Below are positions 43,290-55,850 of a stretch of DNA of 64,000 nucleotides, piece by piece. The DNA is from Leucoraja erinacea (Eukaryota): the NCBI RefSeq assembly GCF_028641065.1, contig NC_073405.1, positions 13,640,001 to 13,704,000 of the forward strand, written 5' to 3'. The translations under genes and the position numbers were made by a program. The notes beneath the pieces are model-generated. The model ran no database searches and was not told the origin of the DNA. It was given only the letters and a program-made list of their open reading frames with translations. Every line of letters begins with the position of its first letter. Positions within the stretch are counted from its first letter, which is position 1.

Positions 43290-43306
43290 TCATGAACCCT
43301 GCAGCC

Positions 43307-43313
43307 ATTTATA
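43307..43313 (-). promoter_or_regulatory. TATA box of TSSK6
   Basis: TATAAAT on the minus strand about 125 bp upstream of the ATG; homologous position in both paralogs. Confidence 0.55.
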
Positions 43314-45199
43314 GACGTGGCCATGGGAAACACATTTTGAAATCTGGAGAGAAGTCACATCTTTTCAGTTCTGAGAATCTCTGCAAGAATTGTCGTGATT
43401 GACGGGGAACTGGACCGGGAAGAATTGAACGATAAAGGAGCAATGTCTAAGAAGCTTTGCATTATTTTGTAGGCACACCAACCTCAGGGTGAATAAATAA
43501 TCTGAGTTTATTTCTTTAATTATTTCTCCTGTTATATATCTGCATGATCTGCTCCACAGGTTAGTGGTTTTGTTCCACTGCTAATGATGTTTGATAACCA
43601 AATCTCAGCTCTCTGTAGACACCAGGTGACCTTGGTTTTGATGCTGGGGGTCAGACAGATCTGGTCACTGTGACATCACGGTTTGACAGGCAGGGTAGGG
43701 GAAGGTTACCTCATCAGCTGTGGGAAATCTGACGGTAACTTCACTGAGAGAAAAGCACAGGTCGTTGAGGAGGCACCGGAGAAGTATGGGTCTGACCATG
43801 GGCCTCCTATGTTCCCCAGGTGTGCACTTACAGTACAGGTATCCCCGCTTGGAATCAAGCTTGGAGAATCTTTGCAGAACACAAAGTGCTGGCGGAACTC
43901 AGTGGCTCAAGCAGCAGAAATGGACAGACAAGGTGTCAGGTTGGGACCTTTTTTCTGACAGATTGTACTAGGAGGGCAGTTGGGGGGGGGGGGGTGGCGG
44001 GGGGAGTTGGAAGAGGTGGGGACAGGACAAAGCATGGTAAGTGATAGGTGGATACAGGTGTGGGGCTAATTGGCAGATGGGTGGAATAAGTGACAAACGC
44101 CAAAGATGAAAATGAGACAAAAAGGTTTCAGATATGGAGATAACCGATCCTGGTTGGGCCTAAACTGGGAGGCCTGGAAGGTATTTGGAATTCATGTGGC
44201 CCTTCGAACCTACTCTGCTATCCAAAACAATCATGTCTGACCTTCTATCTCAGTGACCTTCTGCTTTCTCCCCATAAACCTCAATGTCTTTTGTACCAGG
44301 AAATTCATCTATCTCCATCTTAAATATATTTGAATTGTTTTATAAGTGTCACATGTATCAAGATCATGTGAAAATTTTGTTTGCATACTATCCAGTCGTC
44401 ATATTATACACGAGTACGGTTAAGCTATACACAGGTACAACAGGTAGTGAAACAAGAAAATTACCAGGTTGCAGAATATAAAGTTATGGTGTTATGGCGT
44501 TAGTTATAGAGAAAAAGTGCACATGCAAATAGGTTGGAAGATCGGGACTACACCCTAGTTTAAGGAAGGACCATTCAGTATTCTTCTAATAGCGGGGGAA
44601 GATGTCACTGAGTCTTGTAGCGTGCACTTTGAAGCATTTGTATCTTCTGTCCGATGGGATAGGGGAGAAGATGGAATGACCAGGATGTTAGTGGCCCTTG
44701 ATTATATTCCTGCTTTTATGAGGCAACATGAAGTATAGATGGAATTAATGGTGGGAATTCGAATCTGTGCAATGTACTGGACTACATCCACAACTCTATT
44801 CAATTTCTCATGGTCTTGGGCAGAACTCTTTGCTTTGCTTTATCTCCTCCATCCTCATCCCAGTTACTTTACTGCAGTCCCACCTGATTGTTGCAGGTCC
44901 ACTTTAGAAAATAACAGCATAGAGTGTAAAAGGAATCAGGAGGCTTTTGCTTCTATCAGTTAGATTGTAAATGTATCCATGTTATGACACAGGAGTTACA
45001 TTGCTAATCAATCTAGTTTTAATCTTGCAAACGGGGGGGGGGGGGGGGGGGGGGGGGCATGAGTGGAAAGGGTGTTTCTTTAAAGTTAAGTGAGACTACT
45101 TAATAGTTCAATATGATTCAATACTATCAATACTCACTGAGAATATCTGACTAGTTTTTGCATCGTTTTGTTTGCAATATGTTTTTATTCTAAGACAAA

Positions 45200-45480
45200 A
45201 AAAATACCGGAAGTGGGTGCGCAGGAAAAGGTTCCGTCTCGGTTAGGAATCAATCGGCGGCGTTGTCCTGGTAGCGGAAGCTCTGCGCTCGGGGGAAGGC
45301 GCGGCGGTGTCGAGCAAATATTATAGAGGAGCCCTCTAGGATCTTTGGTGTCGAGGTGGGTGGAGCGGGGCGGGGGATGGCGGCGACAACGGGAGTGGGG
45401 AGGGGGCGGCGAGGAGCGGGGTGATGGCGGAGTGCGAGGTGCGGCCTGGTGAGGGATGCTGCGGAGACGTTTTATCCGAA
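45200..45480 (+). promoter_or_regulatory. ARMC6: ARMC6 CpG-rich promoter and probable non-coding first exon (donor at 45356)
   Basis: CpG/GC-rich stretch, ETS motif CCGGAAGT near 45207, GGGGCGG boxes, gag|gtgggt donor about 0.9 kb upstream of the first coding exon. Confidence 0.65.
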
Positions 45481-45576
45481 CTGAAGCTGCTGCTGCTTCC
45501 CGGGGCCCAGGGTCCATCCCTCAGTCCCATCCACATCACGCAGCGTAAAACTATCGGCACAGAGATTCTCTTTCAA

Positions 45577-45699
45577 TCCCATAGCATAAAACGATCGGTC
45601 GATGGGGCCCAGGGACCTCCGTCAATCGCATTCGCATCCCGCAGCGTAAAACTATCGGTCGATGGGACCTCAAGGACCTCCGTCAATCGCATTCGCATC
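45577..45699 (+). repeat. Tandem duplication, period about 60 bp, in ARMC6 intron 1
   Basis: Two copies of gc(a/g)taaaac(g/t)atcggtcgatggg...ggacctccgtcaatcgcattcgcatc. Confidence 0.8.
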
Positions 45700-46234
45700 T
45701 CTCTGCTGCAACCCGGTCAGGCCAATCTACTCACGATTGAAATGCTCCCTTCCCGGCGACATCCTGGACCTCCTCTGGTGCAGATATCCAGTGCAATCAT
45801 ATCCTTCCTATGGTGTGACGACCAGTACTGACAATGGCAGTGTCCACAACTCAATGTATAGGTTTTTGTTTATTATGTCATGTGTAATGAGACACAGTGA
45901 AAAGCATGCATACTATCCAGTCAATTCATGCTATATGTCAGCCCAATCAAGCCTTACGGTTATGCAACAGGGAAGGATAATATAGCGTTATAATCTTACA
46001 GGGAAAGTGTAGATTTAAAAAAGTGTAAATTCTGCAATGAGATAGATTGGGAGACTTGTACCACACCCTTAGATTATGAGAAGGTCCCATCATTAGTCTG
46101 ATAACAGCAGGAGCTGATCCTGAATCTATGGTATGTGCTTTCAAGCTTTTGTATCTTCTACATGACAGGAGAGTTTCCTTCATATACATCTAACTTTACA
46201 CTTTTGTCACTGCTGTTAGTGAGGTAGTGGAAAA

Positions 46235-46355
46235 ATGGCGTGCAAACGGATTACTCAAGAGACCTTTGATAATGTTGTGCGAGAGAACATAATCGAGTTT
46301 GAGATGGAGCCAGAGGAGGCTTTGAAAGAAGCAATAGAACAGTTTGAATCACAAG
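46235..46355 (+). CDS. ARMC6: ARMC6 first coding exon
   Basis: aaaATGG start; [41 protein letters not shown]; gtatgt donor; acceptor AG at 46218-46219. Confidence 0.93.
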
Positions 46356-47037
46356 GTATGTAGATCTGTTAATCATTGTTCTCTGTCGTTTTAATCCCTG
46401 CCCTGCTTTGAATAAATAAACACACACATTGGGTGTTCTGTTTGTAGACGCTGAACTCAGTGCAACAAAGCAACTCTCAGCCTGTCAGTGGCCTCCTGCG
46501 CTCTTACACTGAAACAGCACATCTTCCAGACAGGAAGGTTGCAGCCTTTGCAACTTTATATTGAATTCAACGAGTTTGGGGAACTCTGTTTCAGAATTAT
46601 TCAGTTCTGCTAAGTTATCCATCTATATTATTGACTTACTAAAATGGCCTCCTTTACATCATTGACACCAAGTGTAGACTGGTCAACCATTTTGCCAAAC
46701 ACTTGCGCTCAGTACGCCAAGGTGTGTTGGATCTCCTATTTGCTAACCATATCACATACCCCTATCCTCCCTCTAGCTTTACATTTCACTCCTCTCTTTA
46801 TCTAATGCTGTTTTGTCTCCTTTTCACCTCCAGCCTTTGTCACTGACCACCCATGTGCCAATCAAATAGCCCCCTTACTTGTACCACCTCTAACTTGCCA
46901 GGCTTTGCCACATCCCCAATTTCCCCCCCCCCCCACCATAGTCTCCTCTATTCTATCCGTCTGAAGAAAGGTCCCAATCCGAAAGTTCACCTATCCATGC
47001 TCATCTGAGATGCAGCCTGACCTGCTGAGTTATTCTA

Positions 47038-47165
47038 TCTGAAGAAGGGTCTCAACCCGAAACGTCGCCTATTTCCTTCGCTGCATAGATGCTGCCTCAC
47101 CCGCTGAGTTTCTCCAGCATTTTTATCTACCTTCGATTTTCCAGCATCTGCAGTTCCTTTTTAAA
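47038..47165 (+). mobile_element. 128-bp Penelope-pLTR-derived mini-element nested in an older copy
   Basis: 16-bp TSD ctgctgagttattcta at 47022-47037 and 47166-47181; begins at tCTGAAGA. Confidence 0.85.
47039..47070 (+). ncRNA. Candidate minimal hammerhead ribozyme core
   Basis: CUGAAGA-a-gggu(cuca)accc-GAAA-CGUC. Confidence 0.55.
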
Positions 47166-48190
47166 CTGCTGAGTTATTCTAGTACTTTGTGTCCTGTGTA
47201 AATCAACATCTGCAGTTTCTTGTTTCTACACTTTGTTCAACTGTCCATTGGATGTTTTCTTCAGCAGCTTTTCACCCTGCCCTCGCCCTATCCGAAGCTC
47301 TCCAGAAATCCCACATCTGATTGTTTGGAAATCCAAATGGTGGGTTAGCTCTCACTCGTTGTGATCAGCCATGGAATGAGTTGTCCAGTCAAGTGAATTG
47401 TTTTCTGCTTATCAACATGCAAAGTACATTGCCAAATGTTATTTATTTTACACCATATCTGTAATTTTTCCTCTCACAAACTCGAGCCCTGCTTTCTGTG
47501 CTCCCACTCCTCCTCCTACCTTCTATTTTCTACTCCATTTTTTTTTAAAACTCACCTTTCTGTTTAACGGTGATGTTCTATTATTGGTTATAGGTTTCTG
47601 TTTCCCGCTCCCTTTAAACTCCATTTCCCACTCTCTTTAAACTAACCCAGTTTCTTATTTTCAAGCCCTGTTTAAATTCACCAGGTTCTCTTGCTGGTCC
47701 CATAAACTTGAGTCATGTCAAGTTGAGTTTATTATCCTATTCTAATTATGTTTTAAAATGTTGCTTGTGGCAGCATCACGTGTTTCTTTAGAATATTTAT
47801 TGCTCTACTGTGTAACGGGCAGGTGGGACTAGTGTAGATGGGACATCGTGGTCGGCATAGGCATATTAGGCCGAAGAGCCTGTTTCCATGACTCTTTATA
47901 AAGGAAAGTGTCAGGATATTAATAGAACAAGCATTCAATATTTGGAAAAACAGATAATCCAACATCACCAAAAGCCCAAGTGTGTTAGGTTATTTATGTT
48001 TTCCCCTTGGTTCTGTCCAGCCCTATCTTCCATGTAACTGAAAACAAACTTGTTTTCTCATTCCTACTTTTGATGAATTAACTCCTCTTTCAGTCAATCA
48101 ATGCTGCCTGAATTGCTGTGAGAGTATTTCCAGCATCATCTGTTTTTATTTCAGATTTCCATCATCTGCAATTTTTATTATTTTGATAAA

Positions 48191-48505
48191 TGGCAGCAAA
48201 GTGGCGCAGCTGGTAGAACTGCTGCCTTGCTGCGCCAGAGACCCAGGTTTGATACCATCTTTGGGTGCTGTCTGTGTGCAGTTTGCGTATCCTCCCTGTG
48301 ACCCAGTGGGTTTCGCCTGGGTACTGCGGTTTCCTCCCACAACCCAAAGACGTGCGGGTTTGTAGTTTAATCGGCTTCTGTAAAATGCCCCTTGTATGTA
48401 GGAAGTGGATGAGAAAGTGGGATAGCATAGAACCAGCGTGAACGGGTGATCGATGGTCGGCATGGACTGGTTGGGCCGAAGGGCCTGTTTGCATGCTGTA
48501 TCTTT
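48191..48505 (+). mobile_element. tRNA-derived SINE (V-SINE/HE1-like)
   Basis: A-box tggcgcagctgg, degenerate B-box ggtttgatacc, conserved core tgggtttc...ggtttcctcccaca, (tcaa)n tail. Confidence 0.8.
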
Positions 48506-48646
48506 CAATCAATTCAATCAATCAATCAAAGCTTTCAATGTTTAGACTAAATGTTACGCATTGGGCCAGATACACATTGAAGTTGCTCAGTAAACTGTGC
48601 TAAAAAGCTTTACTTTCCTCCAGAATCTCTTTCCGTTTCCTTACAG

Positions 48647-48726
48647 GTGTCAATCTTTTCAATGTGGTGAAAACTGTGCAGAATTTCACAGCCGAAGGCA
48701 GCGACCCGAAGCACCAAGTCCTACAG
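48647..48726 (+). CDS. ARMC6: ARMC6 coding exon 2
   Basis: ttacag/gtaatg boundaries; VNLFNVVKTVQNFTAEGSDPKHQVLQ; phase-consistent. Confidence 0.88.
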
Positions 48727-49475
48727 GTAATGGAGTGTGCACAGGGCAGCAAGGTTCACGTCTACAGTAAATAATGATTTACAAAAAGATAAACCTTTCC
48801 TCTGCTAGATGTCTCCTGTGTTAATCATATCTCTTCTAAAAGTAAATTCCATTTGTTTGAAATATTTTTTTCACCTCAGACCCTGGAAATTCTGTTCTCT
48901 TCCCCCAACACCCCTCCCACCAGATGTCTGACCACCAGTCAGAGACACATAGGTAAAGCTTCCTCACCCAGCAACTATGTTGTCACTGGCCTAATCTGGA
49001 TGTTGTGAGATGGCACCACAATGTGGCTACTCTGCGTGCTGTTCCAGAAAAGGATCTGTTGTATTTATGTATGTTATGATTGACTGGAGAACAAGGTGTG
49101 ACAATAATAAAGTAAACTAAAAGGTCCATCTTCAACAATAGACCTTCATTGTGAAATACCTTTCCTCCTGTAACTTCTGAGCTCTCTGGTTCTGGCAGTG
49201 TATCCAGTCAATATGCGGCCTGGGTTGCTGATTATATCTCTCGCAATGGCAATCATACGACTCTGGTCACTCTTTGCCCTCCTCAGTGACCTTGTTGTCT
49301 TTAATGGGTGCTCTCAGAGAAGACTAAATCTTCTCTGCACTCTTTCCCGGTCTTAAGCCTTTCCAACTCCCTGCCTTATGTTCCTTAAAGATGCTGCTTT
49401 AACCTGACACAAAGTATGTCAAATGTTGCCCACAAGTTCCTTGAGAGTGCAATTTGAGATGTTGTGTTTTTGTAG

Positions 49476-50046
49476 GCTCTCGATGCACTTCAGAAAGCCC
49501 TGGATATCTTGGCTCTTGACGAAATGGGGGATCACTTGAGTAAATTCACCGAACAATGCAGTCTTGATTTTGCTCACCGCCACCTGGCGGCTGAAAAGTC
49601 CGCCTACGCCACGGTCCTGTCCTGCTGCAGAGCAATGATGGCCGATGGGCTTGGCCTGGTGAAGGGAGTCCAAGCCCTGGCGGCACTGCTAGACGGCCAA
49701 CCGGACCTCCTTGACTCGGAGGGCAAGCACCTGCTCATCGAGATCCTGAAGCAGCACCGAGAACACGTGGAGCTGAACGCCACCACCATCCGCGCCATTC
49801 GCTACAGCTGCCTGAAGCATGAGCAGAACCGGCAAGACCTGGTGCAGTTCGGGGCACTGCCACTACTGACGGCTGCCATTGTGAATCACGGCACCAGCCC
49901 CAAAGTGGTCAGAGAGGCGGCTTTCGCCCTGAGGGTCATGACCTACGATGACGACATCCGGGTGCCCTTTGGCCGCTCCCACGATCACGCAAAGTTGATC
50001 GTGGTGGAGAACAATGGACTTCGGATCATCATCGAAGCTGCAAAAG
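49476..50046 (+). CDS. ARMC6: ARMC6 coding exon 3 (large armadillo-repeat exon)
   Basis: ttgtag/gtacaa boundaries; LLDGQPDLLD, CLKHEQNRQDLV, LRVMTYDDDIRVPFG. Confidence 0.96.
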
Positions 50047-50389
50047 GTACAAATGGATCCTCCCGCACTGTCCCACCAGTTAATCTACCAAAATTGTCAC
50101 AAAAAATCTGCTAATTATTTGAGGAATATGCGTTTAGACATGGAATGTTTCCCTCTGCACAAAGAAGTGTTCCATCATACACAAAGAAAAGAACCAATAG
50201 GACACAAAGTGCTGGAGTAACTCAATGAGTCAGGCAGTATCTCTGGAGAATGTGGGTATGTGATGTTTTTTCAGATTGAAAAACTAACATCTGCATTTCC
50301 TTGTTTCTGCAAAAGAAGAAATACACAGGTTAAAACAGGTCTGCACATTGTTCCCATAAACAAAAACAGGTAAGGGATTGCATTAAATA

Positions 50390-51890
50390 CAGAATAGTCG
50401 GAGTAAATGGGTCCTTTTCACAATGGCAGGCAGTGACTAGTGGGGTACCCCAAGGCTAGATTGGGGTTTTTGGATGTTTTAATCATAGAGTACTGTACTT
50501 GCAGGGGATTTAATAAGACCATTGAAACTTAATGCTAATGTTCAAACCCCAGCTATTTACAATATATATTAATGAAACTCTCAGGACCCAGGCCTGCTTG
50601 AAGGCAATATCTCCATACCTCAGTTTCCGGACAAGTGACCACTCAAGCTGGGGGGCAGTTCTTAGCTGTGAGGAGGATGCTAGAATTAATTTAATCGCAT
50701 TACTGGTGATGTCTTGGGTTAGGCTGGGTCAGTGGGCAAATGTTCTGGCAGATGCAGTATCCAGTGGATAAAAAGTGAGGTTATCCATTTTGGCTTTGTC
50801 TTAAAAACAACTGAGGCAAGCAGTACCGGGTTACAAATAACATATTATCTAAATGGTGTGCCGATTGGGAAAGGGGGAGATGACAGCGGTAGACCTGGGT
50901 GTGTGCCAGAGTGGGTACACCAGGGTCATTGAAGGTAGGCATGCAGGTGCAGCAGGCAGTAAATAAAGCGAATGGTATGTTGGCATTCCTAGCAAAAGGA
51001 TTTGAGTATAGGAGCAGGGAGGTTCTGCTGCAGTTCGATAGATAGCCTTTTATCTATCTATCTAAAAAAAAAGTTGTACAGGGTCTTGGTGAGACCACAC
51101 CTGGAGTATTGCGTACAGTTTTGGTCTCCAAATCTGAGGAAGGACATTATTGCCATAGAGAAAGATAACACCATTGGTGTGCAAAACTTGTTTGCTTCAT
51201 GACTGTAATTATTTTTCCATTTTTTGCAGAAATCCAGCGTCCTCAGTGAGCAGACGACTTGCAGTCAGACGGTTCACCAGGTCTGAATTGATTCCCGATT
51301 CCATCGATCATCAGGACACAGTCCCTTCCATCCAGAAGAAAGAGAGCAGGGATAGACTTGGTTTGATACTCTCTAGAATTTAGAAGATTGAGAGGGGATA
51401 CAGATAGAAACTTACAACATTTTGGGATTAAAAGCCAGGAGAATGGACAGGCTAGATGCAGGAATTTGTAATTGTTCCCGGTTTATGTTTGGGGAAGTGG
51501 CAGGACAAGGGGTATACTACAGCTTTGAAGGATAAGGGGGAAAGAAGGGTTCGAAAACCTAGATGAGAATAACTGCTGAGTTTTCACAGCACTTTGAGAG
51601 TGGTGAATCTCTGTTTGTTCAATTCTTTCTTGCCCACAGAGGGTAGGTTGAGGCTTCAGTTTTTCATTGGCTATATGTTAAAGAGGGAGTAATAGATGTG
51701 GCAATTCTCTCCGGTGTTAGAAACTAAGGGGATTACATAACTCTTTTTGTAGTACCCTTATTGGTGAAGGAAGGGCAGGTATGGGATACTGAGTTGGAAG
51801 ATCAGCCATGATCATATTGAATGGTGGTGCAGGCTCGAAGGGCTGAATGGCCTACTCCTGCACCTAAATTTCTATGTTTCTATGTTTCTA
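50390..51890 (+). mobile_element. CR1 LINE 3' portion of about 1.5 kb, sequence garbled
   Basis: GVPQG-type start, [19 protein letters not shown], ttctatgt tail; interleaved with fragments of downstream flank sequence. Confidence 0.8.
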
Positions 51891-52601
51891 AAACATTCCC
51901 CACACTCCTGTTATTCACTGCCAGGGCAGGCTCAACATTGACTAGACTTGGGAGATAAAAGAGAAGGTAAAATTGGGTTAAGCATAGAGTAAATCTCTCC
52001 ACGCATCCTACTACTTAACCTGTGCTGTAACTGGACGGTGGCAGAGGGATTTAATAAGACCATTGAGGAAACTTAATGCTAATGTTCAAAGCATTAAGGC
52101 ATTTCCCAGAATATGATCAATCTAACTGAATGAGAAAATACAAGCAGCTCCTATTAGATTTGGCATATATATAATCTCCACAAACAGGACTGCCTCAGCA
52201 GACTCCGCCTGCTCCTGTCTAACTCAACTAATCTACGCATACCTCAATTCTATCCTATCCTCCCTTGACAAGTCCCATCCCAGCCAACAATCAAGACACC
52301 TCGCACACGCCTACACACAGTTCTTAGTTGCTACTCGTATAATTAGAATTAATTTAATTCTAGCGAGATTACTGGTAATGTCTTGTGGAATTATTCTGAC
52401 CTCATTGCCCAATGTCATCTGTGACCACACTCATTATCCAGCACAAGATTAGCAAAGCCTCAGCAACTTTCTCTCTGTATGGCTTTGTCTTATCATCTTA
52501 TACATTCTACAACTGAGGCATCATAGTGTCTGTAGCCGGGTTACAAATAACATATTAATCTATGGATGTTTCCTGTGCATAAACTGATTGGCCTGTATAA
52601 G

Positions 52602-52895
52602 GGGGGCACAGTGACGCAGCTGGTAGAGCTGGCAGCTCAATGTGCCAGAGACCCGGGTTCCATCCTGTCCTAGGATGCTGTCTGTGAAGTTTGCATGTTC
52701 TTCCTGTGACTGCATTGGTTACCTCTGGGTATTCCAGTTTCCTCCCACATCCCAAAGACGTGCAGGTTTGGAGGCTAATTGGCCTCTAAATCGTCCCCTG
52801 TGTGTAGGGAGTGGATGAGAAAGTGTGATAACTTAGAACACGTGTGAATGGGTTATTGATGGGCGGAAGGGCCTGTTTCCATGCTGTATCTCTAA
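52602..52895 (+). mobile_element. tRNA-derived SINE, same family
   Basis: Collinear with 48191-48505. Confidence 0.8.
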
Positions 52896-52973
52896 ATTAT
52901 GCATAACACGATGCATTGGTTGCAAAACATTGTGAAAGATGCTTCATGACTGTAATTATTTTTCCATTTTCAG

Positions 52974-53119
52974 TTTTTGCAGAAAATCCCAGCGTCCTCA
53001 GTGAGCTGTGCTCCACGGTGTCACGACTTGCAGTCAGGAACGAGTTCTGCCAGGACATTGTGGATCTGGGAGGTCTGAATTTCATGGTGACTCTACTGGC
53101 CGATTCCATCGATCATCGG
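52974..53119 (+). CDS. ARMC6: ARMC6 coding exon 4
   Basis: tttcag/gtacgg boundaries; [34 protein letters not shown]. Confidence 0.95.
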
Positions 53120-54439
53120 GTACGGAACAGCCCCTTCCACTCCAGGGTGCTTACTCTAGGAGAGCAGGAAAAGAGGTGATATGATAGAATGCCTCAGAAT
53201 TAAGCAAGGGTGTGAGAGGGTAGATACAGAGAGGGTGATTCTGTTTCTGGGATTAGCCAAAGCCAGGAGAATAGACAGCAGTCATTGATAAATCTGATTT
53301 GTAATTTGGGAGGGTTTATTTAACTTGGGGAATGGCTTTAAATGTAGGATATACTATGACAGTGATCATTTGAAATAAATATTCAATCCAATGAAGAAGG
53401 GTCTCGATCGGAAACTTCACCTATCCATGTTCTCCAGAGATGCTGCCTGACCTGCTGAGTTATTCCAGCACTTTGTGTCCTTTTGTGTATTAACCTTGTT
53501 TGTTCAGTCCTATGATCTTTCTTACCCAATGCTAATTTGTTTGTGGCTCAGGTAATAATTCAGACCGCTTCTGCTTTTTCATGTTGTAGTTTGTAGCTGT
53601 TAAAAGGAATTAATACAAGTTTGGCAATTCTCTCAGGTGTTAGAAACCTGGTTGGGGAAGGTTACAAATAACTCTTTTTGTAGTACCCTTATTGGTGAAG
53701 GAAGGGCATTCAGACTTTCGAGCACGTAATGTGGTGGTAATATGGTTAATCTTCTCTAGTGAGTTCAATGAACAAATTTCCCAAGTACAGCGTTACTTGA
53801 GGGGCATCGCAAGATTGCTTCATAGAAGGGGGTTAAACAGCGTTCTTTCGAAGGTAGTGGAAAGCGATGGGAAAAAGATGTTTGCAGAATGTGAGGGCAT
53901 TTGGAAAATCTTTTGATGCTGGAGTAAGAGGAAAGGTTATGTGACTGGGCAGTAATTGAAATGCATGGCTGGAGTGGAGAAGAATGATTTGGATTTGAAA
54001 TATTTGAAGTTGGCACTTTGAAAGAGAGGGAGGCACAGGTGGTGGCCCCTGAGTATGAGGAACTTTGGAGGGGAGAAGTTGTGATTCCATGTCTAGAACC
54101 AGAGGCCAATCCACAAACTACCTCCTCCTCCAGCAGTGTGGTCTGAGACTGTCAGGACATGGTTGACACTGGATTATCTGGGGGAATGCTTAACCACCAA
54201 TCCATTTGAAGGGATACACTAGCCCCTGTTCAACAATGGTTGAAGTTGGTAACACATATTATATATGTGTGATAATGTACTGGCCCCTAATTGCCAGGCA
54301 CAGTGTGCTCTTGCCGGCCACAGTATGCTCTACCACGGTGTCCCTGTCAAAGTGTAACTTGCACCATTATTCACTTATTGGTGTGCACCAATGTTGCAGA
54401 AATGTTTATTACTTTTCTGTCTCATCTCTCTAACTGCAG

Positions 54440-54571
54440 GAGCTGGTGAAGCAGGTGTTGGGTGCATTCCGAGCTATTGCAGGGAATGACGAGGTTAAAG
54501 ATGTGATTGTCAACGCTGGTGGAACAGACCTGATTGTGTTAGCAATGAACCGTCACATGGGAAGCCCACAG
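54440..54571 (+). CDS. ARMC6: ARMC6 coding exon 5
   Basis: ctgcag/gtacag boundaries; [33 protein letters not shown]. Confidence 0.95.
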
Positions 54572-54939
54572 GTACAGAACTGCAACAGAGGTGCGTGCAG
54601 CGGGGGAAGGATGCCTCAGCTCCCTTAATGTGAGGTTTTGGGAGGATCAAGATTATTTTCTCGCGATTATTCTAGCAGGCACACAGAACCATTCAACCAC
54701 CAGAATGCCACTCCTCAGTACTGAGTTGCTGTTTGAGTATACTCCAAACACTCAGTCCAGGCCAATATGTTACTGATGTGAGGCGGTTTACTTTATGACT
54801 TCCCCAACACCTTTCAACGGTGTCAAAAATTGGAATATAGAATGACCATTCTGAAAGCTCTGAGACTTCCCCTGCTGCACTGACAAGGTGGCATGGAGAG
54901 GTAGAGGTGCAGCCGCTTACACTTCTCCCTTTGCTGCAG

Positions 54940-55077
54940 ATCTGTGAGATGGGTTGTGCGGCCTTGGGAATGTTCGCATTGCGGAAGCCGGAAAACTGTC
55001 GGGTGATCATGGAAGACGGAGGTGCTATGATGGCACTGCAGGCAATGAAGTCCCATCCGGCGGAGCTGAACGTACAG
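54940..55077 (+). CDS. ARMC6: ARMC6 coding exon 6
   Basis: ctgcag/gtatgg boundaries; [40 protein letters not shown]. Confidence 0.95.
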
Positions 55078-55637
55078 GTATGGTGGCGGGAGGGGGAATG
55101 GGAGGAAGGCTGAGGATGATGGGGATGTGGCAACTGAGGGGGGTGGGATAAGAAGTAATTGGGAGGAAGGAAATAAAAGAATGGAATGCAGTGATAAAAT
55201 GGCTGTAAGACGACATTGTTTTAGGTATGGGGACTGGAATAGGGGACGAGGGAATTGGCGAATGGATAGTCTGGTGGAGAGATTGGATCTGTGAAAGAGA
55301 TTACAGTTGAATCTTGCATCGATATGGGGGGGGGGGGGGATAAGGATCAGGTGCAGACAGATGAGATTAGTAGACATTGGTGATGTTTCAGATCGGGGCC
55401 CTCTTTCAGATTAAACTGTCTGAAGAAGGGTCCTAACCCAAAACGTCGCCAATCTATATCTTCCAGAAATACTGCCTGACCCGCTGAGTTACCCCAACAC
55501 TCTGACTGCTTTATAGTTTAATTGACTTGGCATCATGTTCGGCATGGACTTTATGGACCAATGGGTCTGTTCCTGTGCAGTACTGCACTATGATCTGTGA
55601 ACCTCTCTCAGCGGTCACTGATGTTTTGTGTCTGCAG

Positions 55638-55850
55638 AAGCAGGCCTGCATGCTGCTCCGTAACCTGGTAGCACGGAACCCTGACTTCACGCCGCAGATC
55701 CTTGAGATGGGAGCAGAGGTACTGATACAACAGGCAAGGGCCACGCACGAGGAATGTGGAGACCTGGCCAAAGCTGCCTTGAGAGACCTCGGCTGCAAAG
55801 TGGTGTTTCAGGAGCCCTGGACAGGGCTTAAAGGTGCGATCGCCCGTTAA
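55638..55850 (+). CDS. ARMC6: ARMC6 last coding exon
   Basis: ctgcag acceptor; [13 protein letters not shown]...[10 protein letters not shown]...EPWTG...TAA; spliced CDS totals 1401 nt, 466 aa. Confidence 0.95.
   Translation, partial: KQACMLLRNLVARNPDFTPQILEMGAEVLIQQARATHEECGDLAKAALRDLGCKVVFQEPWTGLKGAIAR

Noticed and set aside
45336-45350. taggatctttggtg in ARMC6 exon 1 resembling the hAT MITE TIR
   Set aside because: Only about 14 bp, with no partner TIR or TSD; compatible with chance
48191-48265. tRNA-like A and B boxes
   Set aside because: These are SINE heads followed by SINE core and tail; no complete cloverleaf
51190-51320. Apparent duplicated or pseudo-exon copy of ARMC6 exon 4
   Set aside because: It is fragmented and part of a collinear mosaic with CR1 sequence; best explained as an assembly/polishing artefact
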